39,987 bases of DNA from Chiloscyllium plagiosum. Its lineage: Eukaryota. Both the position numbers and the translations under genes were made by a program. Below are positions 24,855 to 36,641 of the stretch, one piece after another (the stretch's first letter is position 1; the number at the start of each line of letters is the position of its first letter). The stretch lies in contig NC_057728.1 of assembly GCF_004010195.1 (NCBI RefSeq), positions 49,425,260-49,465,246 on the forward strand, read 5' to 3'. The notes under the pieces were generated by a model that saw nothing but the letters and a program-made list of their open reading frames with translations, was not told the DNA's origin and ran no database searches.

Positions 24855-25335
24855 CAGTGAAGGTTTCCCAGGCTGACTCTGGGTATGGTGGGACTGATCT
24901 ATGAGGAGAGACTGACTGGGGATTGTTTTTGCTGGAGTTCAGACAAATGGAGGGGCGGGGAGTGGGGAAGAGATTTCATAGAGACTTTCAAAATTCTAAC
25001 AGGACTAGACAGTAGATGCAGGGAGGAAGTTCCCAATGTTGGGTGTGTCCAGAACCAGGGGTCAAGGTCTGAGGATTTCAGAGGAACCATTTAGGATGAA
25101 GATGACGTTTTTAATTGTGAGCCTGTGGCATTCATTACCACAGGAGTTGTTTGATGCCAAAACATTAAATGTATTCCAGAGGTAGTTAGATATAGCGCTT
25201 GGGGTGAATAGGAACAAAGGTTATGGGGAGTAACCAGAATTAGGTTACTGAGTTGGCCGATCAGTCATGATCATGATGAATGGTGGAGCAGCCTCGAAGG
25301 GCCAAATGGCCGCCTCTTGCTCTTAACTTCTGTTT
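24855..25335 (+). mobile_element. CR1 LINE 3' fragment
   Basis: Translation MVGLIYEERL...DFIETFKILTGLD. 3' end 'gatcagtcatgatc...gaatggtggagcagcctcgaagggccaaatggcc'. Confidence 0.85.
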
Positions 25336-25399
25336 CTGTCCTTTTTAACTAATCTGCACAATTATGGGGCTGGGAGCACTAACTTTTTAGTGCACCACT

Positions 25400-26250
25400 T
25401 TTTTCTTGGGAATCCAAGTACACTGCAGCTACTGGACTTCCTTTATCCTGTTAGCTAAATGCTGAAAAGAATTAAATAGATTTGTCAAACATGGTTACCC
25501 TGTTGATTTGCCTAATTATTTTATGACTTTCTAAGTGTCTTGTTAAAACTGCCTTAAAGAATTCCAACTCTTTTCCAATGACTGCTATCAAGATAATTTG
25601 AATTGTTCCCTTCTTATGCAAGACCCTTGTCAAAAGCCTTATTGATGTCCATGTACTCAATATCAACTGCACTATCCTTTTCCACATACCTAGTCACTAC
25701 CTTGAAGAATTCAATCAAATTTGTTCGATGTGATTCCTCCCTGAGCAAGGTATGCTGACCATCCTTGATTTAATCTTTCCCTCTCCAAGTCAGGTAATGC
25801 TGTCCTTTTTTAATTTTTATCAGTAATTTCCCTACCATTTGACGGTAGATTTTCTGACCTGTAGATTCCTGTCTTAACTCTATCACCCTGGAATAATAGT
25901 ACCACATCAGTTGCACTCCAGTCCTCTGGCACCTCTACTGTGGTCAGAGAGGATTTGAAAATTTTGATGCTTCGTCCCTTGTAATCTCCCCTTTGACCTC
26001 CCACCACAGCCTGGAAATCATCTCATTCGGACCTGGAGATTTATCCATTTCAAAATCCCCTGTCAAAGCTAATTTATTCAAGAATATCACAATTTCCTCT
26101 CCGACCCTGCCCCCAGATTTCTAGATCTGTATCATCCTTCTCTTCAGTGAATGTAAAGTACTCATTTGAAACCTCGCCTACAGATTCTGGTTCCACACGC
26201 CAGGTTGCCACTTTGGCCCTAAAAAGGCTGTTCTCTTTCTCTGGTTATCC
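25400..26250 (-). mobile_element. CR1 LINE ORF2 relic(s) (region upstream of and including RT start)
   Basis: Minus-strand IFKSSLTTVEVPEDWSATDVVLLF...GIYRS matches the CR1 'IF.SSL.TG.VPEDW..ANV.PLFKKG....GNYRP' motif. Confidence 0.8.
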
Positions 26251-27444
26251 TCTGTCCCCTAATCCTTAAAATGTGTACACTTTTTTTTTCATTCAGACCA
26301 GAGAATTTGTTGGATTGTCAGTTAGATTAATTTTTTTGTTTCTTTTAGTTTTCTAAGTTCTTCACTATCATTTGCATATTTAACTTCTTCCCCATTATTT
26401 GATTTTATTGTCTTGTCTTCAATTCTGAATATAGACAAAATATGTTAAATGTTTACCATTCCAAGCTTTCTCCTGTCTCTACTTTCATTGTAACTTTTAT
26501 ATATCTATATATGTAAAGTTCCTGATTAGTTAATTCATTTTTTTGATGTTTAAAACACTCGTGTCTCTTGCACACCTTAGCAAGGAGTAAACACTTTTTA
26601 AACTTTGATATTACTGAAATTCATCCAAGGATGAATCTTTACAGTTCAATAGAATGTTGATTTGAGAATTGAAGTATTTCCTCAGCTTTAGAAAGTAAAA
26701 AGTATGAAACCATCTGGTTTGCTAATACCGAAAAGGAATGAAGTTCTGTACACTTATTTCAGGCTTGTGTATTAACTCAAACTTGATATTACATTTATCA
26801 TGTATGGTTACACATTCCCAGAGGACCCTTTCCTATGAAGTTAGTTATTAAACCCCCATATTACCAAAGCAAAATCTAAAATGGTGACTGCATTGATTTG
26901 GTTCCATGGTATACTGTTTTAGAAAATAGTCATAATACATTTTATGAACTCATCCTCCAAACTATTGTGATTTTGCCAAGTCTAAATGAAGAGTACAGTC
27001 TCCCTTGATTAATCTTGCTTTTTATTATAAGCTCATCCCTTTTTTTTTAAATCCAAAAAGAAATCCACTGTATAAACTACTTTTGGGAATTTCCTTGCTT
27101 GGGTCTGTTCTTGCGTTCTTACAATTCCTTCTGCTTTCTTCAGTAGCCACCTTCACTACTCTGAAATTCTTATTGTATCGGCCAGCATGATATCTTCCTT
27201 CTGTTTAGAACTACTTTCTCTAACAATGTCACAAGAGAAGGAAAACTTTTTTAAAAATTTTCTTGATTACAATTAATTCCTCCTTCCTGGGGAAGGAGGT
27301 GGATAGGAACAGTTTTTTTAAAAAAAAAAAAAATTGCAAGTCAAATCAGTTTGTAAAACCTATATACAGTTTGCAGTTAGATCAGGCAATGACTGGATCC
27401 TGTTTTTATACATTGTTTGCAGTGAAATATCTCACTGCTTCCTA

Positions 27445-28205
27445 GTGTCAGCTATGACTCAGTGGGTAGTGTGCTCTGTGTCGGAGTGAGAAAGTTGAGT
27501 TTAATCCCACTCTAGAAACTTTTTAAAATCCAGGCATACTCCATTGTAGTTGTTGGAGTGCTGTACTGTGGATGTGTTATCTTTCAGATGTGTTCTGTCT
27601 CTCTTCAGGGTTATTTGGTGTCAGAATTGAATGATATCACTGGGCTAGAAATCTTAGGCTAGTGCTCCTGGGGGCTACAATTCCAATGCTGTCATGGGAC
27701 TGACTGGAGTTTAAATTCCATTGAGCTGGTCTGGAATTACAAAGCTAGGCTCAGTAATGATCACTGAATCCATCATCCGCTGTCCTAAAAACCCATTTGG
27801 TTCATTAAAGTTGTGTAGGGAAGTGAATCTGCTGTCCTTACCTGGTCTGGCCTCCATGTGATTCCCACAGCAATGTGGTTGATTCTTAACCGCCCAATGG
27901 AATGGCCCAGCAAGGCACTGGAGTTCAAGGGAAATCGGGGAGGGCAGTAAATATTGGCCTTATCATGACACCCACTCATCCTTTCAACAAAGTGAAAAGA
28001 AGTTGAAGGCTGTGCCTTGATGCAGGATAGACAATTCCATCCTAATATTCATCCCTGCATCAAAATTGAGATAATGAGCAGATAATCATGTTGAGTGTGG
28101 GACCTTGTTCTGTGTGTGATGACTCGCACATCTCTACAATATTTTAGTTTTTCTTAAAACAAAAGTACTCTGGTTCGAAAGCACTTTGTCATGCTGAGGT
28201 TGTAT
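27445..28205 (+). mobile_element. Decayed Deu-domain SINE interrupted by a second tRNA-SINE (~27625-27995)
   Basis: Head 'gtgtcagctatgactcagtgggtag' and Deu-like core ~27555-27610, with the tail resuming ~28000-28205. The inner element matches 34973-35310 ('cccacagcaatgtggttga'). Confidence 0.6.
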
Positions 28206-28364
28206 CTTCGCTTGCACGCACACCCACCATCGAGAGGGACTGCATCGAAGGTCGACTAATGAGATTTCTGGAATAAAAAGGCTGCCTGGGGGAGAAATGG
28301 AACAGAGTGAGCTCACCTCCTTTTGAAGCTTGAAGAATTGAGAGATGGATTCTGAGAGACAGAG

Positions 28365-28455
28365 CTGGTCTGAAAAAGGGGGACCTGAGATGTTAACTCT
28401 GCTTTTTCTTCACGAATGCTGAAGTTTTCCAGCATCCGCAATCCTTTTATTTTAA
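28365..28455 (+). mobile_element. Decayed Penelope-like short element
   Basis: 'ctgaaaaaggggg-acctgagatgttaactctg...ctgaagttttccagcatccgca' belongs to the 31674-31776 family. Confidence 0.55.
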
Positions 28456-28557
28456 GGTCTGCTGGAGATTTTGACACTTCTACATGGTCTATGCAGTTTT
28501 TTCAGGCTGGGAGTCATAACTTTATTTCGAAACAGCAGGAGACTCCAAGCAAATATT

Positions 28558-28579
28558 CCCCCCCCCCCCCCCCCCCCCC
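28558..28579. repeat. Poly-C homopolymer (22 nt)
   Basis: Seen directly. Confidence 0.95.
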
Positions 28580-29058
28580 AAGATATTTGCATTAAATTGT
28601 CAGTTGAGCAAATGCAAGATTTCATTAAATGCCAATATACGAATGAGGAATAGACCACTCAGTCCTTAGTATCTCCTCTGCCAGCCAAAAGATGGTGACT
28701 GATCCAACTGTAACCTCAAACCCGCAGTCCTACCTACCCTGAAGCAAGAATCTATTTACTTCTGCCTTAAATATTCAAGGACTTTACTTATGCCGTCATT
28801 TCATGAGAAGTCTCCCAAAGATTCACAACCCCTGGAAAAATAATTAGTCTGTCTCTGAGTAAGTGGTCACACTTTAAAGTCACCAGTGACACCTAGCTCT
28901 TGACTCTCCCAAAATAGGAGACCTTGTCACATCTACTCTCAACACCCTCTGGTCTAAAATGAAATTGTGATCCAATTGTTAACAATCAGGTTTGAATTTG
29001 TTTTTACAGGGCACGGAGATTGCAATTGTTCACATTTCTGCTGTTGCTCCATAACCCT

Positions 29059-29812
29059 TGCTATGGTCCAGACCAGATTCCCTCAATATTTTAAGAAGGC
29101 AGCCTAGACCCAAATGTGAAGTGGCGTGTTTCAGAAGCAATGTGACTGGTCAAACTACTCCATGTTAACCAAAAGCACAATTTATTTAAAAACGATAGTT
29201 AAAATACAAACAGGAGAAGAGCTTAACCCTATTGGAAAATGTAACCAAATAACAACGGGTACAACAACTACTAATGAACTTTTCCAATGTAGTAACATCT
29301 CAAACACACTCCTTGGCAAAAAGGCAAATTCAGACACGGATTCTCACATACAGGTCTCCAGTGCAGGAGACAATAGACAATAGGTGTAGGAGTAGGCCAT
29401 TCAGCCCTTCGAGCCTGCACTGCCATTCAATATGATCATGGCTGATCATTCCTAATCAGTATCCTCTTCCTGCCTTTTCTCCATAACCCTTGATTCCACT
29501 ATCTTTGAGAGCTCTATCCAACTCTTTCTTAAATAAGAGAGAAAAAGATTGAGAAAATTCAATGAGTGTGGCAGCCAGGAGGCATTTAGTGAAACTTTCA
29601 ACTCTAAGACTGCAACAGCTTCTGATGAAATTTGGAAAAACTAAAACCCTGAAATCCTGACCTGAGCTTAGCTTCAGGGTGTCAAGGCAAAACCCAGGGC
29701 CTCCCAAGCTGTTTACTCAAGTGGTTTTCAGTAGGGAGTTTGTATCTCTCGTTCAATCTCTCTTGAAAGAAACCAGGACAAAATAACCTCTTAAAGCCAC
29801 AGAATCCTCCTA
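29059..29812 (-). mobile_element. Solo-LTR-like element with 4-bp TSD, containing a CR1 3' fragment (~29372-29535)
   Basis: Both termini are homologous (inverted) to the termini of 30407-31084. CCCT flanks at 29055-29058 and 29813-29816. The inner 'ggagtaggccattcagcccttcgagcctgc' is a minus-strand CR1 3' end. Confidence 0.65.
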
Positions 29813-29940
29813 CCCTTGAGAACCTCTATCCCACACCATTTGCCCACATCCATCTGGAAAATTTCATTTATCCAACAGTCTCTCTTGGGAGTTTTTATCA
29901 AGTTGCCTCTTTCCACCCACTAAAATTTAGAAATGTACCT

Positions 29941-30251
29941 AGATTACTTAGTGTGGAAACAGGCCCTTCAGCCCAACAAGTCCACCCTGACCCGTCAAAG
30001 CGCAACCGACCCAGACCCATTCCCCTACATTTTACCCCTGCACTTAACACTACGGGCAATTTAGCATGGTCAATTCACCTAACCTGCACATTTATGGACT
30101 GTGGGAGGAAACCGGAGCACCTGGAGGAAACCCACGCAGACACTGGGAGAATGTGCAAACTCCACACAGACAGTTGTCTGAGGCGGGAATTGAACCCGGG
30201 TCTCTGGCGCTGTGAGGCAACAGTGCTAACCACTGTGCCACCGTGCCGCCC
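29941..30251 (-). mobile_element. Full-length HE1-type V-SINE
   Basis: Minus strand: tRNA-derived head GGCGGCACGGTGGCACAGTGGTTAGCAC, B-box GGTTCAATTCC, V-domain GTGGAGTTTGCACATTCTCCC...CCGGTTTCCTCCCACAGTCC and a CR1-like tail. Possible TSD ACCTAG (29937-29942, 30252-30257). Confidence 0.92.
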
Positions 30252-30406
30252 ACCTAGTCTGTCCAACATTTTCTCAACAATGACCCGTTCATTCTGGGCT
30301 GTTAAGACAGACTGGGGAGAATTCCCATGCATTTCAAAATAATGCTGAGGGCTCTTTTACATCCAGGCCTCTGTTTAATGTGACATCTAAAAGATAGCCA
30401 TCCACT

Positions 30407-31084
30407 TGTGACAATACTATGGCTTTAAGAGATGCATCTTGTCCTTTTTTTTAAATGAGGTAAGCTTGAGAGAGAGGTGATGGGTAGTCTACTCAGCCAT
30501 TAGAGTAAACCACTTTGAGACCTTGGGTTTGTTGCTTTGCTTTTTTTTTAAAAAAGTCGGAACAATAGAAGCAGCCTGAATGAGTGGGGGGTGGGGGGAA
30601 GCTCCCACACAACCAGTATTTTTAATTTGATTTTCAGTTGCTGGGGTCTTGAAGCTGGGTGGAAGCTGCAGTACATCTCTCCCAGCTACACTCTCAATCT
30701 GAATTTACTCTTGATGTTTTTCCCTCCTGCTAGAGTTATGAGACAGTTTTCTATTTTTTTTTCTCTCCTGAAGTTGCCTTTTGTCAAGGGTGTGTTAATG
30801 GGATGTTATGTTTTTTTTTGGAACAGTTGCTGTTTAGTGGATTTTAAAAAAGATCTCATTCTGTTAAATATTCTAAGAGTTAAGTGATACTAATTTCTTT
30901 TATTACATTGTAGTTTTAACTTTAGTGAATGAATAAAATGTATTTTGCTTCAAACTTGTTGTTTGACCAGTTGAATTGCATCTGGAATAAAATGCCTGGC
31001 ACTTGCCTTTTAAAATAAGAAGTTAGGGTCTCGGTTACCTTTTAATATATTCTGGGGGGGGGGGGGTTCTGATCTGATCCATAA
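30407..31084 (+). mobile_element. Solo-LTR-like element inserted in a minus-strand Deu-SINE (~30300-30406 and ~31085-31200)
   Basis: Starts TGTGACA, has AATAAA ~30932 and ends ...gatccataa. Termini are shared with 29059-29812, and SINE sequence continues on both sides. Confidence 0.6.
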
Positions 31085-31673
31085 GTGTGTAGTGCTGAGG
31101 GAGTGATTGCCTAGTATTTTTTTCTTCGCTCACTCTTTTTGGAGTGAGACCTGAATGCACTGCCATCTGCCTTTTGAGGTGAGACTGCTACCCATTGAGA
31201 CAAGATGGCACCCAGCAGGTGGTGATACATTTTTAACCTCCCATCCTACAGTCATTGTTTAGCTGGAAGTGTTTTGTTTTGAGGCATGTTCCCATAACCC
31301 TCTGGGTTTCGGGGGGAGGGTGATGGCTTTGACCCTCTTCTAAGGCACTGGAGTGCCATTTGTCATAATGTGTAAGAACTAATCAATCAATTACCAGGAA
31401 ACTATCTTTTTTGCACTATATCTTCTTCCAAAAAGTGTTTAAAGGTTGTTTTAATGAGTTAAGTATTATTGGTGTAGGTCTGTGATACTGAGTCATTGAA
31501 TCATTTTCGTTATAATTCATTCTTGTGGGTGTTAAGTGATGGGAATTCATTTTACTTTTAAAAGTAAACTATTTTATCCTTTTACGTAATTGTCACTTCT
31601 GAAACACTTCTGAAATTTGCACAAGGGACCATCAATTCTAACTCCTCTTTGAAAGGATTATCAATTGCTAGGC

Positions 31674-31776
31674 AACAAAAACAGAACCTGCTGGAAAAAC
31701 TCAGCAGGTCAGGCAGAATCTATTGAGAGGAATTAGAGTTAACATTTCAGATCCAGTGACCCTTCCTCAGAACTGG
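31674..31776 (-). mobile_element. Short Penelope-like element with near-intact minimal hammerhead motif
   Basis: Minus strand of 31737-31774: AGTT-CTGAGGA-A-GGGTC-ACTG-GATCT-GAAA-T-GTT-AACT. Confidence 0.8.
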
Positions 31777-34719
31777 AAAAGATTTCACTTTCAAAGTTAA
31801 TTGATAACTGCCAAACTTATGTCAATTTGGTGAGTCTGTCTGCAGTGTCATGCGTGAATATTGAGGTCATTTGAACTTTTGGTTTGAAATTTTGTGTAAT
31901 ATCAACAATCTCCGATCCTAAATATTGAATAGTTTTTATCTCTTCGGCTTGGGGGTTCTAGTTTTTTTTTTCCCCAAGCAATGTGTTGACATGACATGAA
32001 AAACTGTCGGTTGTTACGTTCCCTCTATAGCCCGATCGAGGGGAATATCATTACCTTGTTTCCTGATGGATTTTGTAAATCGAAACATGAAATGATTCAG
32101 CCTCCTAGATTGTTCTGTCATTCAGTTTGACTGTGGCTGCTCTGTCATTTTTTTTTTTAACAAGGATCTAATTTTTTGTGTTTTGGGGATAGAACTTTTT
32201 CAGTTTGGGAATTTAAATTTTTAAAATGCATGATGAGTGAAAACACAATTTGAGGCCAACAGTAGTTTGCAGTTCAAAGGGTGATCTATATTTAGTAGGA
32301 TTTGGAAGTGAACAAGCACAAAGCAGAGTGACTACTGAAGATGGTTAGTCAACAGTTTTATCAAGGATTTTAAATCATTCAAATATCTTTGTGGAACAAA
32401 TGGAAGGTTAATGGTAATTAATCTGATCTTTTGGTGGGCTAAGTTTCCATGGGAATAGTTTGTAGCAAGGAATTTTCTTTGGTTTTGGATTTGAGGTGGG
32501 TGGTTTCTCTGAGGAAGTCAGGCCTCGGTTACTGATTTCTGGGCCAATAGAAAGCAAGGTTGTTTTGAGTTGGAGACACTAATCAATAGGGGTCGCTCTC
32601 CCTCTCCCATTGAGAAATCCACAGTCAAGTTGTTGGAGGGTCATCTAGCTGACTTATTTTCTAGTAGGTGCAGGGAGACATACCCAAAGTAAAATCTTGA
32701 GAGCTGAGACAACTTTGGTCAAAGGAGAAATGAAGGAAATAAAGTTTCTATATAGAACTCTTGAGTGGAAATAAAAGTAGAATGGGAGTATTAGAGACTT
32801 TTCAGGTGTTGGCAAAGCTTGTGTTAAGCTAGTCCTTGCATTGATTAAGACTTTGTAAAACGTTTGTTTGAAATGTGAAATCCTGTGATCCAGTCATTTA
32901 ACTGGGTTTGAATTTCTTTTCACAGGCTTTCCCTGAAATTGTTCATCGTTCTACCATTGCTCCATAACCCCTGAAAATTTGTCCCTGTCCATCAGGAAAA
33001 TATTCATTTATTCATCAGTCTCTCTTGGGAATTCAGGAGTGGGTCTGTGGGTTGAGTTGTTCTGCAGTTCCATTCCTAAAATCAGTTCTAATTCTATTTA
33101 TTTTTCACCCCCAATTTTTGTCTGGATTTGAGAATCATTAGGTTGCCCCTAAATCTTCTATCCTGCCAGGAACATAAGGCCTGTCAACGCAACCTTGCCT
33201 TACAGTTTAACCCTTGATGTAGTCATCGGGGTCTACAGCACCGATAAAGGCCCTATAGTCTGTCAAGTGTATGCCTAGAGAACGCCCACCTGACTATTCT
33301 AATCCCATTTCCAATATTTGACTGATCTGTCCCAGTGTGAGTCCATGTGCCCTGAACTGACCAAACCTAGTTGCTCCACATTGGCATCTAACCAAGGGCA
33401 ATGCATCTTCCCCTTCAGAGGGTGCGGATGTCTTGGCACATGATGGATTTTTAGATCAGTGGTGCATGTGTTCAGAACAGGTTGACCTTTCCATTTGTTT
33501 CACTGTTTATTGCTGTCTGGGGTCTCGTCAAATGAATGTGTTTGTTTGGTTTATTCCAGGCGTGAGTGTGGCTATTCATGGGGTTGAAAACTCTGTTCAG
33601 ATTCATCGGAGAACTGTGCCCATCTATCGAAGATCTGCTCAGATGTCTGGGGCCAGACATTCTTCACTTCCTCCTGTCACAAAGTCTGTGACCGTGGACT
33701 GCTCCTCTTCGGGATCCATTGAATCTGCTGTTGTCAATGGGAAATACCCTTATCCAGGTTAGTGGTCTGGTACTCTTGTTCTGCTCGTGTTGGCTGTCCG
33801 TCTGTTAATGATGGAATTTAGCCAGAACTTTACTGAATCATCATTCCGATCTCGTGGACATTGAAAGCTAGCTGAGTTTTTAATGGCAGTGAGTGCAGAT
33901 GATAAATTTTCCCCCAATGCACTGTTTGTACTGTCTGTAATGTCACTGCTTTCCACCAAAGACTTTTGTTTCCTGCACTTTGTTATTGCAACCGTTCACT
34001 CTGGAAAAGCTGTATTGCTAAAGACTTCTTGAGGCCACGTTTTCTCCCATATTCTCCACTTGTTACAATGTAGCCAAATTACAAAGGCTGAAGGTTCAGG
34101 AACTGGGTGTTGCGTTAATTATCTTGGAATGTGACTCAGTAAGGATTGGCGAGGAGAATGGATCAGAGCAGCCAATGGGTGTTTGGCTGCTGCAGAAGGG
34201 CGATGGAGCAGTGATGAGAATGGTGAGGACAACATGATGGCAAAGGGAGTGAATATTAGTGGAATGGTCAATGGGATGTGGGATCAATGGTGCAGCATTC
34301 AGTGGTGAGGGAGAGAAAGCAATAGTGGCTGCAGTGTGTATGATTCTGGGGTGGGGGCACAGTGATGGTGTTAGTTGAAATGCTGTTTAGTTCCAATGTG
34401 TTGACCAGGAGGTGTTTTTTGTTTTCAAGAAAGGTAATCTTACCACCTCTGTTATTGCTTGGCTGTTGATCCCGTTGGTAGCTGTATTGAATATCAGCTG
34501 TTAATGTGGTTTGTGGGCTGTGGTGGTTGCTTGTATCTCCTGAAGTCTTTTTGTAATTTAATTGCTCTTTATTTTGTGGTAAGCATAGATGACAATGCAA
34601 AACCTACTTTGGGTTTTTATTAAGGCAAGCGATTGTTATGCTGTCATCATTTGGAATTGTAGCCTTAACACCAGATTTATTATATTGTGAAATAACTTGG
34701 CAACCTTCCTGTGGTTATT

Positions 34720-34875
34720 AAAAATCATGTTTTATTGAAGCTTTTCACCCTACACTCATCAGGACAATTCATATGAATTCAGCATTTATCTCCGTGTCTT
34801 TCTCTTTATATTGGCATGTCTTGTAAATGATCCTGAAGTCCGGGTTGAAAAATTTCAACAGTGTCTTTTTCAGTA
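34720..34875. mobile_element. Decayed fold-back Penelope-like element (separate family) with hammerhead core
   Basis: Minus strand TGTC-CTGATGA-GTGTAGGGT-GAAA-AGCT-TC (CTGATGA = 34756-34762). An inverted degenerate copy 'cctgaagtccgggttgaaaaatttcaaca' lies at ~34832-34860. Confidence 0.6.
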
Positions 34876-34972
34876 CTGCACCAGTTCTGTGTAACCAAAG
34901 AACTCTTTTTTCCTTCTGGTTCTGAACTGTTTAGAGTTTTTGCTTTTTGATGTAAACCTGTTAAGTTACCTA

Positions 34973-35310
34973 GGAGACAATGGCCTTGTGGTCTTATTGC
35001 TAGACTGTTAGTCCAGAGACCCTGGTCATTCTATGGGGACCTGAGTTCAAATCCCATCATGGCACTTGATGGAATTGGAATGCCATGAAAATCTGGAATG
35101 AAGATTCATGATAAACTTGGAACCATTGTCAATTGTCGAAAAGTGGCTCACGAGTGCATTTTAGGGCAGGAAACGTCTTTGCCTGGTCTGACCTACATAT
35201 GAGTCCAAACCCACAGCAATGTGGTTGACTCATGACTGCCCTCTGGGTAATTAAAGATGGGCAAGAGATTCTGATCTAGTCAGAGATGCTCACATCCTGT
35301 GAATGAATCA
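34973..35310 (+). mobile_element. tRNA-derived SINE, near full length
   Basis: Head 'ggagacaatggccttgtgg', B-box 'gagttcaaatcc' ~35043 and tail 'gatgctcacatcctgtgaatgaat'. Confidence 0.75.
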
Positions 35311-35359
35311 ATGGAAAACAGAAAATGTAATGAGTAATTCTAAAACTTTTAAATTCTTG

Positions 35360-35680
35360 CTTGGATGTGGGCATTGCTGCAGGCTTTTGCTCCTTCCTAA
35401 TTTCCTTTTGAAACTGAATTGGCCAAACAAGCCAGAGGGCAATTCCTGCTTAACCACCTTGCTGTGGAAGACCAGCCTGGGAAAGGATGGCAGATTTCCT
35501 TTGCTCTTGAACATTATTGAATCAGATGGGTTTTACAATCACTGCCAGTTGTCATGGGCACCAATATTTTAGGATTTGGCTTTAGATTCCCATCTAATTG
35601 AATGGTGGCAGTTGTGGTGGGAGTGCTCCCCAGACCATTGACCTGAAACTCTGGATTACTGGTTGTGAACACTGTGCCTA
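35360..35680 (-). mobile_element. Decayed copy of the same tRNA-SINE family
   Basis: 'ggatggcagatttcctt...cagatgggttttacaatc' matches 11765-11822 and the reverse complement of 27785-27850. Confidence 0.55.
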
Positions 35681-36441
35681 CAAAAAGAAATTGGTGTCTC
35701 CCATAATGAAGTTGTCACCTAAGTGACTGACCCTTTTAAGAGCTTTGCAGCCTGACTTGTGGATGTTTACAGCACAGGAGTAAGCCAGTCAGCCCACTGT
35801 TTCTGTACTGGTTGCTGAAGATGTGATGGTACTGACACTAATCCTATCTTCCTTGGCCTGTAACCTTGGATGATCTCTGAGCACTGACAGCCAACTACTC
35901 TCGAAGGAAAGAGGGCGAAAGGGTTTCAATCACATATCAATAATCCCAAAATGGTTCAACTATCACTACTCTGCCATCTACCCTTCCCGCCCATTCACTG
36001 TTCTGTATATCTTCCCTCTTTTTGAATGCTGTTCTTTTATTTTATTCCTAGTCTTTGTGTTCTCTTGCACTCTGTCTCTGTCCCCTCTTGTTAACCCAAG
36101 CCTGATTTAAATGAACTCATTATGATTTAGTCTGAAGTTGACTGAACAAGGCAAAGTCAGGAGTGGAGAATAATCTCCATTTTGACAAGATGAGTGTTGC
36201 TCCAACAATACTCAAGCTTGACAACGTCCAGCTCAAAGGCCATTCAAGTGGCACTCCATCCACCAACTACACTCCCTCCAATAGTGTGTACCATCTGAAC
36301 TCGGCAGTCACAGGAGTTCCACATCCATGATCTCAGCAAATATTCCACCCCCCCTCTCTGGTATCAGTTAAGCTATTCTGTTCTGTTTTCATTCTTCTCA
36401 CAATGTACAGTTAGGTGGATTCTTTTGTTTTAGATAATACA

Positions 36442-36641
36442 GAATAAAAACCAAAAGAGCTGCTGATGCTGTAAATCTGGCACAGAAGTAGAAATTGCTG
36501 GAAAAGCTCACAGGCCAGGCAGTGTCCGTGGGGCGAAAGCAGTGTTAATGTTTTGGGTCGAGTGACCCTGCCTCATAACACTGATTTCTCTCCACAGACG
36601 CTACCATACCTGCTGAGCTTTTCGGGCAATTTCTGTTCTGG
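36442..36641. mobile_element. Fold-back Penelope-like short element
   Basis: Left arm 'agaaattgctggaaaagctca' versus right arm 'tgagcttttcgggcaatttct'. Decayed hammerhead helix II at the centre. Possible TSD AATACA (36436-36441, 36642-36647). Confidence 0.7.

Noticed and set aside
30180..30251. tRNA gene
   Set aside because: A/B boxes are present but continue directly into the SINE V-domain, so this is a tRNA-derived SINE head.
29953..30342. Longest ORF (129 aa) and the overlapping 85-aa antisense ORF as genes
   Set aside because: Both lie almost entirely over the HE1 SINE and are spurious translations.
5786..35233. Scattered AP-1 (TGAGTCA/TGACTCA) and ACGTG motifs as a regulatory cluster
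   Set aside because: Short motifs are expected several times by chance in 40 kb and many lie in repeats.
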